63,250 nt of DNA, taken from contig JANZYW010000002.1 of NCBI GenBank assembly GCA_026413325.1, forward strand, positions 1 to 63,250, in the 5' to 3' direction. The stretch is from Bacteroidia bacterium (GTDB taxonomy: Bacteria; Bacteroidota; Bacteroidia; SpSt-205). Below the pieces are notes generated by a model, which was not told the origin of the DNA, searched no databases, and saw nothing but the letters and a program-made list of their open reading frames with translations. Positions 19,270 through 28,047 of the stretch are shown piece by piece (the stretch's first letter is position 1; each line of letters begins with the position of its first letter). Both the position numbers and the translations under genes were made by a program.

Positions 19270-19299
19270 GAGAGCGGAATGGGAATAGAAACCTCTCTT

Positions 19300-20187
19300 T
19301 CATCTGGGCTTAGAAGGGGTATTGGAAGCAGCTTGGAGGGATTCGAAATAGAGGCGCCAGGCTTCCTGAGGGTCCTGAGACAGGAGCTTTTGCATCTGCA
19401 TATGGAGGGCATCGGGGTGGGCAGGTTTGGGGAGGGTAGCAAGCTGCTCGACGTAAGGGGGACGATGCGCTAAGAGGTGCCCGATGTCCGCAGCGGTAAG
19501 GATACGGCTCTCCTTGAGGTCTTGCGGGAGTTCTGCCCAGCTCATCACCTCTGCAGGGTTTCGCGGCTGTTTCATCCAGAAGAGGCTTTCAGATGTAATG
19601 CGAGCATACCAAAATTCTCCTAAGCGCGCGATGATGTCCATTTTCCGGGGGTCAGGTAATCCTTTTTCATCTAAGATCCGGGTCTCTAAGTGAAGAAGAA
19701 GGATCTCAGTAATGACCAGCTGGCCTGCTCCAGGTGTTTCTCCCAGAGAGAGAATATCCCGTACTCGGGCTTCTATTTGAACAGGGGTTCCTTTGATGCG
19801 AGGGGGACGTACAATAAGAGAGGGTACCGTTTCTAAGCCAGCTCGCTCGATCTCATTGATCTCGGGAGGGTACTCTCCCGTCGTGATGTTCATTCTCGCA
19901 GCTAAGGCATACGGGACGAGGTGGATGACGCACTCAGGTACCTCCAAGAGGTTATTATGCGTATCTTTCTTTTGGCCAGTTCGAGCACTTGTACTGGGAG
20001 AAAAAACAGCAATAGGAGGTTTGCTACTAAATACGTTGAAGTAACTGAAGGGAGCAAGGTTTGGCCTTCCTTCTCGATTCACTGTTGTGACCCAAGCGAT
20101 AGGGCGAGGAATAATACTTCCAATCAGGTAAGGATGCCATTCTTTTAGGGGAATGTGAGTTGGATCCAGAGTTTTATACTCACTCAT
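19300..20187 (-). CDS. Flavin reductase-like (FMN-binding split-barrel) protein with a ~100-aa C-terminal extension
   Basis: 'PRPIAWVTTVNREGRPNLAPFSYFN' is the flavin-reductase-domain signature. The gene overlaps the upstream gene by 4 nt. Confidence 0.7.
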   Translation of the reverse strand: MSEYKTLDPTHIPLKEWHPYLIGSIIPRPIAWVTTVNREGRPNLAPFSYFNVFSSKPPIAVFSPSTSARTGQKKDTHNNLLEVPECVIHLVPYALAARMNITTGEYPPEINEIERAGLETVPSLIVRPPRIKGTPVQIEARVRDILSLGETPGAGQLVITEILLLHLETRILDEKGLPDPRKMDIIARLGEFWYARITSESLFWMKQPRNPAEVMSWAELPQDLKESRILTAADIGHLLAHRPPYVEQLATLPKPAHPDALHMQMQKLLSQDPQEAWRLYFESLQAASNTPSKPR

Positions 20188-21395
20188 AGCCGCTCAAGTT
20201 TAAGAGAAAGAATGCGTTGAGGGGTTGCAGATAAGACTTCCCATCGGAAGCCGTGGGTCTCCCAGGTTGTTCCAGTAGGAGGGATCCGTCCTAAGTGTGC
20301 CATTGCCAACCCCCCTAAAGTTACAGCCTCATGAGAAGGAAGGCCGAGACCATATTTTTCATTGAGGTAATCTATCTCTAATCTGGCATCCAGCTCATAT
20401 GTGTTGGGAGAGGGCATCTTCTCGAGCCATTCAGGTTCATCGTATTCATCTTGGATTTCACCGAAGACCTCCTCGACCAGATCTTCGGTGGTGACGATCC
20501 CAGCTACGCCTCCTCTCGCATCGACGACGACGGCTAAAGCTCTTTTTTCTCGAACGAGTTCTTCTAATAGGCGGGTAGCAGGCATCGTTTCTGGAACGAA
20601 GCTGACGGGTTCTGTCACTTCGAGAATACTCCGGGGGCTGTGGAGAAGAGAGCGTACGTGGATATAACCTACGATCTGGTCTGGAGTTTTATCATATACG
20701 AGGAGTCGAGATAACTCTGTTTCGATGAAAGTGCGGTGCAGTTCCGATATGGGTGCATCGTGGGGGATAGAGACGACCTCTCTTCGGGGGACCATGAAAT
20801 CCCGAACGGGGGTTTCATTGAGGGCTAATGCTTTGGTGATTACTTCGCGGAAGTCGGGTTCTGTGGTTTGAACAAGATGCGCTACACTTTCCCGGGTGAG
20901 CGGTTTTTGGAAACTGTCTTCTTTGAGGCGCAGAAGGTGGAAGAATGCGGTAGTCACGCGGTATACCACCTCCACGAGAGGCCAAAGGAGGAAATATGCC
21001 AATCCAGTGAGGGGGATGACGACAGGGAGCAGCGCCATATGCCAGCGTTGGGAAAAGACTTTGGGGAAATATTCTCCTGCAGTCAGCAGAAGAAGGGTCC
21101 CAAAAAGAGTTTCGATCCAGAAGCGTTGAGAAGGGCTGAGTAGGACAAGCAAAGGCTTGAGCGACTCGCTGAGACCGGCCGAGAATCCGATAAGGGCGAG
21201 ATTGTTGCCCAATAGGAGGGTGATGAGAAGTCGACGAGGCCTTTTAAGGAAGAATTGTGCGATGCGCCATCGGTGAGGATGCCGATTCCGCCAATTTTCC
21301 CATTGTAGCGGATTGGCACTCAACCAAGCCATTTCACTTCCCGAAGCGACTGCACTCAGTATCAGTGCTACGAGACCCAGAACAAGCCAACTCAT
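20184..21395 (-). CDS. CNNM/hemolysin family protein (DUF21 + CBS pair + CorC_HlyC; GldE-like)
   Basis: 403 aa: four N-terminal TM helices, a CBS region 'VRDFMVPRREV', and a C-terminal transporter-associated domain. Confidence 0.8.
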   Translation of the reverse strand: MSWLVLGLVALILSAVASGSEMAWLSANPLQWENWRNRHPHRWRIAQFFLKRPRRLLITLLLGNNLALIGFSAGLSESLKPLLVLLSPSQRFWIETLFGTLLLLTAGEYFPKVFSQRWHMALLPVVIPLTGLAYFLLWPLVEVVYRVTTAFFHLLRLKEDSFQKPLTRESVAHLVQTTEPDFREVITKALALNETPVRDFMVPRREVVSIPHDAPISELHRTFIETELSRLLVYDKTPDQIVGYIHVRSLLHSPRSILEVTEPVSFVPETMPATRLLEELVREKRALAVVVDARGGVAGIVTTEDLVEEVFGEIQDEYDEPEWLEKMPSPNTYELDARLEIDYLNEKYGLGLPSHEAVTLGGLAMAHLGRIPPTGTTWETHGFRWEVLSATPQRILSLKLERL

Positions 21396-21982
21396 GATAG
21401 GGGAGATGGTACGCTGCCGCGAGTTCGGCGCAGCTTGTAGGTCCGTGTGGTTAGATCGTATTCCATTCCTTCTCCTCGCAAGGTCTCTTTAGGGGTTTGC
21501 AAACGTACCCATCCAGGGGCAAGGAGTCGATTTGAGGCTTTTTCCCACACCAGGTAGTCTGTCTCAAGTGTTATACCTTCTTGGCTTTGCAATCGAACGG
21601 CTTGCTGTGCGATGAAGTGGCCTTTTTCGAGGTAGAGGTGGGCTTCCATACATGTGAGCTTTTCTATGGTGTCTGCGTTTATGCTGAGGTGAAGGAGGCA
21701 AATGTCACCCTCTAACTTCCAGTAAAGGGTGTCATTTTTTCGGAGACGCTGTACCCGGTTGGCGGTAAGTATGTAACGTTCACCGGTTGTGTCCAGCCAT
21801 TCGGTTCGGTAGTGATAGGCTTCATAAGGAGGTATCTGGCTGCGGTGGGCAAGCCAATCTGGCGAAGGACTTTTCTGGGGAGAGGAGGAGCAAGCAGAAG
21901 GCCATAAGCTGCCTATCCCTATGACAAGGGATATGAGGACGCTGAGCAGCTTTCGGTAAGGGGAAGGTGGCTCAGCTTCCAC
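21392..21982 (-). CDS. LptC-like periplasmic LPS-export protein (lipoprotein/anchor)
   Basis: 196 aa with an N-terminal anchor. The C-terminal 'LETDYLVWEK..NRL.APGWVRLQTPKETLRGEGMEYDL' resembles LptC. The position upstream of a CNNM gene is common in Bacteroidota as I recall. Confidence 0.5.
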   Translation of the reverse strand: MEAEPPSPYRKLLSVLISLVIGIGSLWPSACSSSPQKSPSPDWLAHRSQIPPYEAYHYRTEWLDTTGERYILTANRVQRLRKNDTLYWKLEGDICLLHLSINADTIEKLTCMEAHLYLEKGHFIAQQAVRLQSQEGITLETDYLVWEKASNRLLAPGWVRLQTPKETLRGEGMEYDLTTRTYKLRRTRGSVPSPLS

Positions 21983-22430
21983 GGCGGTTCTTGCTGAGGG
22001 GTTGAGGGGGAGGAGGTGAGGGAGCCGGTGCTTCAGTGGCTGGGGAGGAAGGTAAGCTGGCGGTGTCTATTGTTTCTCCTACCCAGCAGCGGACCTCCAA
22101 TCGGGCACCGCCTTGCATTTCCATACGTTTAGCACGTATTTCCCCTTTAATCTGAGCTGTAGAAGCTACTTCGAGCAGCTCTTCGGCGGTAATCTGCCCC
22201 TCAAACTGGCCCGCTATAAGCACCTGGGCGGCGTGGATATGCCCTTTTACTTCTGCGGTCTGAGCTAACACGAGCCTCCCCTCCACCCGAAGGCTGCCCT
22301 GAAAACGTCCCTCTACTCGGAGGGCACCTGGCGTGAAAAAATCTCCTTTGGTGTTGCTTCCCTCTCCTAAGAGAGAGAGCGTTTTTTCATGATTAACGGG
22401 AGGAGTTCCATTCTTCTTCCACACGCTCAC
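21972..22430 (-). CDS. Bactofilin (polymer-forming cytoskeletal protein)
   Basis: Beta-helical repeat 'ALRVEGRFQGSLRVEGRLVLAQTAEVKGHIHAAQVLIAGQFEGQI.AEELLEV..TAQIKGEI' with a Pro-rich tail. GTG start. Confidence 0.85.
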   Translation of the reverse strand: MSVWKKNGTPPVNHEKTLSLLGEGSNTKGDFFTPGALRVEGRFQGSLRVEGRLVLAQTAEVKGHIHAAQVLIAGQFEGQITAEELLEVASTAQIKGEIRAKRMEMQGGARLEVRCWVGETIDTASLPSSPATEAPAPSPPPPQPLSKNRRGS

Positions 22431-22434
22431 AGTG

Positions 22435-22442
22435 CAAATATA
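22435..22442 (-). promoter_or_regulatory. -7 box TATATTTG, 4 nt upstream of the GTG at 22430 (leaderless-type; likely promoter of the bactofilin-lptC-CNNM-flavin reductase operon)
   Basis: The plus strand reads CAAATATA. Confidence 0.5.
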
Positions 22443-22457
22443 GGCAGCCTATCAGTA

Positions 22458-22991
22458 TTAATCGATTTGTGTGAGATTCTCTATCATTCCATGTACATGT
22501 GCGACTGCTACCTGGAAAGGATCCGGAGAGTGAGAGCGCCATTTTTCCTTAAATCGTTCTATCCATTGCATAGGGGGGGTTTGGAGGGGAGGGTATTCAA
22601 TAAGGGTGGCTTGCAAAGTCTGAAGCAAGGCATTTTTGGCATTCCGCAGGGCCATCCATACCCGAGGTCCCATGTAGATCTGATATGCAGCATTATGTAG
22701 GTATTCTTCCTGTACGATTTGAAAGAGCGTCTGGATCAGGTCGGATGTTCGCGAGAAGGTGTGAGGGGCTATCCGAGGAAAAAGATTTTGGGGATCATTG
22801 CGTTCTAAGAACAGGGCGGCTCGTTCCAGTGCTTGTAGACGGAGAGGGAGTGTCGTTTGTAAGACCTGTTGATGGTGTAGGCGCTTTCTTTCAGCAGTTT
22901 CCCGTTTCCAAAAGAAGATGAGTACCGCTATGGCACTTATATTTCCGCTGAGGGCCACAAGGAGTATTGCTAACCACGTAATCTCAGTCAT
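22458..22991 (-). CDS. Hypothetical membrane-anchored protein
   Basis: 177 aa with one N-terminal TM helix. It overlaps the upstream gene by 4 nt. No motif was recognised. Confidence 0.5.
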   Translation of the reverse strand: MTEITWLAILLVALSGNISAIAVLIFFWKRETAERKRLHHQQVLQTTLPLRLQALERAALFLERNDPQNLFPRIAPHTFSRTSDLIQTLFQIVQEEYLHNAAYQIYMGPRVWMALRNAKNALLQTLQATLIEYPPLQTPPMQWIERFKEKWRSHSPDPFQVAVAHVHGMIENLTQID

Positions 22992-23749
22992 AGGGTATCA
23001 AAAAAATCAAGGGCTTTCAGCCCGTATTTTTCCCAAAATAGGAAATCATGTCCTCCTGCGGGGTCGAGATGGAGCGTACATGGCAGAGTCGGGTTGCGCT
23101 CTTGTAAGACTTGATAGAGGCGTTGAGAATGCTGAAAGGGAACCACTCTGTCGGCTACGCCGTGGGCCAGAAAGAGGGGGGACTGGATTTGTGAGGCGTA
23201 ACGGAGGGGGTTATCTACCTCTTCCCAGCGCTGGCTATAGCGGCCATACCAGCCGGTGAGGAGGGGATCCCTCGGGTCTAAATGGGGGTCGAAGTCTCCC
23301 GATAGAGCAGCTCCCCCTCGGAAAAGAGTTCCCGTATGGGCGAGAAGGAGTACTACACCCCTTCCTCCAGTAGAAAGTCCCAGGAGAAAGGTGGGCAAAT
23401 CAGCTAATATCCCTCGCTTTTGCAGCTCTGGGAATACGGTATCGAGAAGCGTGCGCAAAGTGGGATAGGCTCGCCAATCTGGACGTGTTTCGGGAAACAC
23501 CTGAGAGGCGTAGATGCTTTTCCCCATCTCTAAAAGGAGGAGGCGATACCCTCGACCGAGGGCTTGTGTGCAGATGGTGGACCTCTCGCACCAGGCGGTC
23601 CGGCTGTAGTTCCAGCCTGGAAGAAGGATGAGGTTTCGAAGAGGGGGGTGGCTGGGTTCGCGGATTTCTACGAGGCAAGACCCCAACATCCATTTTTGTG
23701 CCATAATCGACGTCAAGAGAAAAAAGGAGGCTTGTGCAAGAGAGGGCAT
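22988..23749 (-). CDS. Alpha/beta hydrolase (esterase/S9-like)
   Basis: A 'GLSTGG' GxSxG nucleophile elbow and a C-terminal 'HG..D..VP' / 'GGH' region. The start is uncertain; an internal ATG 15 codons downstream is possible. Confidence 0.65.
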   Translation of the reverse strand: MPSLAQASFFLLTSIMAQKWMLGSCLVEIREPSHPPLRNLILLPGWNYSRTAWCERSTICTQALGRGYRLLLLEMGKSIYASQVFPETRPDWRAYPTLRTLLDTVFPELQKRGILADLPTFLLGLSTGGRGVVLLLAHTGTLFRGGAALSGDFDPHLDPRDPLLTGWYGRYSQRWEEVDNPLRYASQIQSPLFLAHGVADRVVPFQHSQRLYQVLQERNPTLPCTLHLDPAGGHDFLFWEKYGLKALDFFDTL

Positions 23750-23805
23750 TTCTGACTAAGAGTTCAGCAGGAGTGAGGAGGGAAGTCGCTCGAGAATCCC
23801 CATCA

Positions 23806-26244
23806 TCAGTTTCTCAGCGGTTTCCCTGTTTTGAGCATGTGTTGGATGCGTTCCAATGTTTTTCTTTCTCCACAGAGACTGAGAAAAGCCTCTCTTTCGA
23901 GGTCGAGCAGATACGATTCGCTGACGTATTGGGTGCCCGTTAAGTCCCCACCAGCCAGGACGTATGCCAACTTTCGGGTGATGTGCCTGTCATACTCGGT
24001 GATGTAGCCTCCTTGCCACATTTGGTAAATAGAGGCTTCTACTCCGCCCAGCGCCGTTCGTCCCAGTACCCGTATTTGGGTACGAGGCTGAGGAGCCACA
24101 TATCCTTGCTCAGCGAGGAATAAAACGTGTGCTTTGGCATCTCGAAGTTGCTTCTGGCGATTGAGAGTAATGCGGGTCTGATAGGGTCGCAGCAGTCCGA
24201 GCTGGATAGCCTCGAAGGCAGAGGTGGCTACCTTGGCCGTCGCAATCAGGGTAAGAATGTCCCGGAAGTAGTTAAGCTCTACATCCCCCTCTACGTACCG
24301 TTCTGCGATGCGGGCGGCCATTTCCTTCGTACCCGCCCCTGCAGGGATAAGCCCCACTCCCACCTCTACTAAGCCGATATAGGTCTCGGCGGCGGCTTGC
24401 ACTCCATCTGCATGCAGTGTCATCTCGCATCCTCCTCCCAGGGTGAGTCCATGGGGGGCTACCACGACTGGTATATCGCTATGACGGAGGCGCAGGACTG
24501 TGCGTTGAAAGGCACGCACGGCAAAATCTAACTCATCCCACTCCTGCTCGACAGCCATCATGAATATCATTGCCAGGTTCGCACCGGCGGAGAAATGTTC
24601 CCCTTGGTTCCCTATGACCAGACCCACATAGTGCTTTTCTGCGATATCGATGGCCTTGTGGATGGCATCCAGCACCTCTCCTCCGAGGGTGTTCATTTTG
24701 GTGTGGAACTCCAGACAGAGAACCCCCTCTCCCAGATCAAAGAGAGAAGCACCGGTGTTCTGCCAAATGACCTTTTCTTCTCGGAGGGTGTCCAGAAGGA
24801 GAAATCGGTCCTGGCCAGGTACCTCTATGTATTCCTCTCGAGAGGGACTATATACGTATCGGCGCCCCTTTCGCACTTCGTAGAATCGGGTGTACCCTTT
24901 CTCACGCATGCGGCCTATCCATTTCGCAGCTGAGAAACCGTACTTCTCTATCGCAGCGAGTCCAGCCTCGAGACCGATGGCATCCCACTTTTCAAAAGGC
25001 CCCAGCTGCCACCCGAAGCCAGCTCGCACGGCGTCGTCTATAGGGTAAATCTCATCGGCGATCTCTGGGATGCGATGGGATACATACGCAAAAAGGGCAG
25101 CCATATTTTCCTGCAGCAGCTGGGCATACGGCTCCGAGTTCTGGGCGATGAGCCGCAGACGTCTCTGCAGATTTTCTTCTCCTCTGAGCTGCTCGAGCAG
25201 GGCCGAACGCACCTTCCTTTGGGGTTCGTACTCCAGCGTCGACAGGTTGAGGCTTTGTATTTCGCTGCTTCCATTCACCCGAAGCTTCTGATAGAAGCCT
25301 TTTCCCGTTTTTTCTCCCAAGAGTCCTTTGTCGAGCATTTTCTCTAAGTAGGAGGGGAGCTTGAAGGTGTCGCGAGCTTCGTCGCCAGGGCAGTTGTCAT
25401 AGAGTCCTTTTGCTACCTTGGCCAGGGTATCCAGTCCCACAACGTCAGCCGTGCGGAAAGTTGCAGACTTAGGATGCCCGATGAGAGGTCCCGTTATCTT
25501 GTCTACCTCTTCGACAGAGAGGCCGTATCGGGGCATTGCGTGTAACAGATGCATGATGCCGTAGACGCCGATACGGTTTGCGATAAAGGCGGGGGTGTCT
25601 TTACAAAGGACAGTTTGTTTGCCTAAGTGTACCTGTCCGAAATCCAACAGAAACTCGATAACCTCCGGGGCAGTGTCGGGACCAGGAATGATTTCTAAGA
25701 GGGGTAAGTAGCGAGGAGGATTGAAAAAGTGGGTTCCTGCAAAGTGCCGGCGAAAGTCATCTGAGCGTCCTTCTACTAAGAAACGCATGGGGATCCCCGA
25801 TGTGTTGCTGGTGATAAGGGTGCCCGGTCGGCGATACCGTTCTACTTGCTCGTATAGCGCTCGCTTTATCGAGAGATCTTCTACTACGACTTCTATGATC
25901 CAATCGGCTTCGGCTATTTTAGGAAGGTCATCGGTAAAATTACCCAGAGAGACCCGCTGTGTCACGGAGCTGTCGTAGACAGGAGAAGGGGAAAGTTTGA
26001 GTGCCCGTTGAAAGAGCTCCTGGACGATGCGATTGCGGACTTGGGGGGACTCGAGAGTGAGTCCTTGAGCTGCTTCCTCCGGTTTGAGTTCTTTCGGAGC
26101 GATGTCGAGGAGCCAAACAGGATACCCTACGCCGGCGAAGTGGAGCGCAATCTGAGAACCCATCACTCCTGCTCCTAATACTGCGACTTTCCGGATCCGT
26201 CTTTGAGTCGCAGTAGACTTTTCTGTTTGCATGGCCGCTTGCAT
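23806..26244 (-). CDS. Fused 3-hydroxyacyl-CoA dehydrogenase (N-terminal) / enoyl-CoA hydratase (C-terminal) beta-oxidation enzyme
   Basis: 812 aa. 'VAVLGAGVMGSQIA' is a Rossmann motif. The C-terminal crotonase fold includes 'FSAGANL' and 'LGGGCEM'. Confidence 0.88.
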   Translation of the reverse strand: MQAAMQTEKSTATQRRIRKVAVLGAGVMGSQIALHFAGVGYPVWLLDIAPKELKPEEAAQGLTLESPQVRNRIVQELFQRALKLSPSPVYDSSVTQRVSLGNFTDDLPKIAEADWIIEVVVEDLSIKRALYEQVERYRRPGTLITSNTSGIPMRFLVEGRSDDFRRHFAGTHFFNPPRYLPLLEIIPGPDTAPEVIEFLLDFGQVHLGKQTVLCKDTPAFIANRIGVYGIMHLLHAMPRYGLSVEEVDKITGPLIGHPKSATFRTADVVGLDTLAKVAKGLYDNCPGDEARDTFKLPSYLEKMLDKGLLGEKTGKGFYQKLRVNGSSEIQSLNLSTLEYEPQRKVRSALLEQLRGEENLQRRLRLIAQNSEPYAQLLQENMAALFAYVSHRIPEIADEIYPIDDAVRAGFGWQLGPFEKWDAIGLEAGLAAIEKYGFSAAKWIGRMREKGYTRFYEVRKGRRYVYSPSREEYIEVPGQDRFLLLDTLREEKVIWQNTGASLFDLGEGVLCLEFHTKMNTLGGEVLDAIHKAIDIAEKHYVGLVIGNQGEHFSAGANLAMIFMMAVEQEWDELDFAVRAFQRTVLRLRHSDIPVVVAPHGLTLGGGCEMTLHADGVQAAAETYIGLVEVGVGLIPAGAGTKEMAARIAERYVEGDVELNYFRDILTLIATAKVATSAFEAIQLGLLRPYQTRITLNRQKQLRDAKAHVLFLAEQGYVAPQPRTQIRVLGRTALGGVEASIYQMWQGGYITEYDRHITRKLAYVLAGGDLTGTQYVSESYLLDLEREAFLSLCGERKTLERIQHMLKTGKPLRN

Positions 26245-26249
26245 CTCAA

Positions 26250-26257
26250 CGAAGGTA
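26250..26257 (-). promoter_or_regulatory. Variant -7 box TACCTTCG, 5 nt upstream of the ATG at 26244
   Basis: One mismatch to TAnnTTTG. The same TACCTTCG octamer occurs at 28031-28038 upstream of the glycine-rich gene. Confidence 0.3.
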
Positions 26258-26341
26258 CGCTTTTTGGCGCCGCGTTGGATACCAGGTCGGGCCTACTGAA
26301 GGATACGCTCCCTATTTGCAGGGGTATGTGAGAGTTGAGCC

Positions 26342-26349
26342 TATTTTTG
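26342..26349 (+). promoter_or_regulatory. -7 box TATTTTTG, 5 nt upstream of an in-frame GTG at 26355 (leaderless-type)
   Basis: Exact match. It argues that the ORF starts at 26355 rather than at the TTG at 26316. Confidence 0.45.
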
Positions 26350-26354
26350 ACAAA

Positions 26355-27947
26355 GTGGCTTCTGTTCGATTGCCTGGTTCTGCGGTATGGCGTGTGGTAC
26401 ATTCGCTCTCTGCTAAAGAGCTTCGGCGGTTGCGAGGCAAAGTAAAGGGAACTCGTCTGGGCTGGCTGCTCAAGACATTATTGGCGATGCGGAGCTACTC
26501 AGAGCGGGAGCTTCTCGAAGCCTACCAAGAGGCTTTTCCTATGGCGGATAGGCGTCTTCTTCCCGTGTACAAAAGGCAGCTTTGGGAGCTTATAGAGGCT
26601 CTTCTCCCCACTCCTGAGACCGAATGGATAGGCACCGAGGTGCGGATTTGGCATCGCTTCTGGCTGAGCGTGCTCTTGTGGCAACGGGGGTTGTATGACC
26701 TCGCTGAAGTGCTCTGGCGACAAGCCATGCAGGCTGCCATGGATATAGGATGGTATGAAGTGGCTCTATGGGGGGTTTCCCTTTTAGAGGTGTACGCCAG
26801 AGATTTTCACTGGGTTGCCCCTACAGAAAAAGTTGGGACTTGGAGTGAAAAAATTATTTCTCTCATAACGACTCGGTATAGTGCTATTATTCAGAAGATG
26901 GCATTTGCTGAAAGCCAGCTTATTTCTCGACGTCCGCAAGGGCAGAACCTGCCACATCCTCCCTCCGAAGAGCGATGGGCACTCTATATGCAAGGATATC
27001 TCCAAGTCCTGCAGGCAAGCTATAGAGGCGTGTCTCGAGAAGATTTTCTCCTGGCTTTGGAGAAGCTAACCTCCATGATTCGTTGCCTCTTGGGAAAGAT
27101 GCCTTTCCCCCAGGGATATGTACAGTTTCACCTGGCCTTATCCTTACTCAATCTGGGGATACTCCTGCTTAACCTTCGAGCATGGGACCTCTACGAAACG
27201 TGGTACTCTGCATGGGGAAGGTTGTGGAAAAAGCGACATTGGCCTCTCACCGATCGCTACAAGGAAATGTACCGGACAGCTCTGTCTTTACAATGCCTAT
27301 ATCTGATTCAACGTCAACGCTGGGAGGCGGCCAAGAAACTCTGGGAAGAAAAAAAAGAAGACTTCCAGCTGTATATCTTCTCTGGAACGGAAAATATTCT
27401 TTTTCGAACGCAAATGGTGAATGCCATTTATCTCATTCTCTTGCTCATGAGTAAAAGCTCCGGCGAAGTAACTCGGTGGCGACTAAGGGCGGAAGGATGG
27501 CTGCTGAAGGAGGGATTCACCAAAGATTATCCTTTCCTATGGTGGGTCTTCCTTCGATGGTATGAAGCCTTCCGGTCCGGAGATAAAAATTGGATGCGAC
27601 ATTGGTACAGAAAGCTAAGACTGGTTTGGTATAGGCAGTTTCACCAGATGACGCGGTGGATCCCTGTCTTTCGAGTGTTGAAATCATTAGGGCAGGGGTT
27701 GCCTTCTACGCAGAAGCGGCGTATCAAGTCTCTTTTGCGCTACTGGGATACCCATCCCGAGGAAAATACGCTGTGGGAGGGAGGCGCTTCACCGTTTCCT
27801 ATGCGACTTTTTATGGAAAGCCTTCTTCGACGCCAACCGTTGGAGGCGTTGAACCTTTCGATATCTTCTCCCACTCCTTTGCCCCCTTCCCTTCAAAAGG
27901 CCATTCAGGATTTGCTATATAATGTCGAAAAGCTAACGTCCTCTTAG
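26355..27947 (+). CDS. Hypothetical Trp/Arg-rich all-helical (TPR-like) protein
   Basis: A long ORF with coding-like composition and no TM segment or signal peptide. The N-terminal 'LSAKELRRLRGKV...LLKTLL' resembles a conserved Bacteroidota hypothetical family, from memory only. Confidence 0.55.
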   Translation: MASVRLPGSAVWRVVHSLSAKELRRLRGKVKGTRLGWLLKTLLAMRSYSERELLEAYQEAFPMADRRLLPVYKRQLWELIEALLPTPETEWIGTEVRIWHRFWLSVLLWQRGLYDLAEVLWRQAMQAAMDIGWYEVALWGVSLLEVYARDFHWVAPTEKVGTWSEKIISLITTRYSAIIQKMAFAESQLISRRPQGQNLPHPPSEERWALYMQGYLQVLQASYRGVSREDFLLALEKLTSMIRCLLGKMPFPQGYVQFHLALSLLNLGILLLNLRAWDLYETWYSAWGRLWKKRHWPLTDRYKEMYRTALSLQCLYLIQRQRWEAAKKLWEEKKEDFQLYIFSGTENILFRTQMVNAIYLILLLMSKSSGEVTRWRLRAEGWLLKEGFTKDYPFLWWVFLRWYEAFRSGDKNWMRHWYRKLRLVWYRQFHQMTRWIPVFRVLKSLGQGLPSTQKRRIKSLLRYWDTHPEENTLWEGGASPFPMRLFMESLLRRQPLEALNLSISSPTPLPPSLQKAIQDLLYNVEKLTSS

Positions 27948-28047
27948 GCAGGATTTATTAGAGCTAACGGTCTCGATAGAGGATATATATCTCTCCTAAT
28001 TTCTGCTCAGTTCGCTGTGCTTCCAGCCGTTACCTTCGTTTTGTCAG

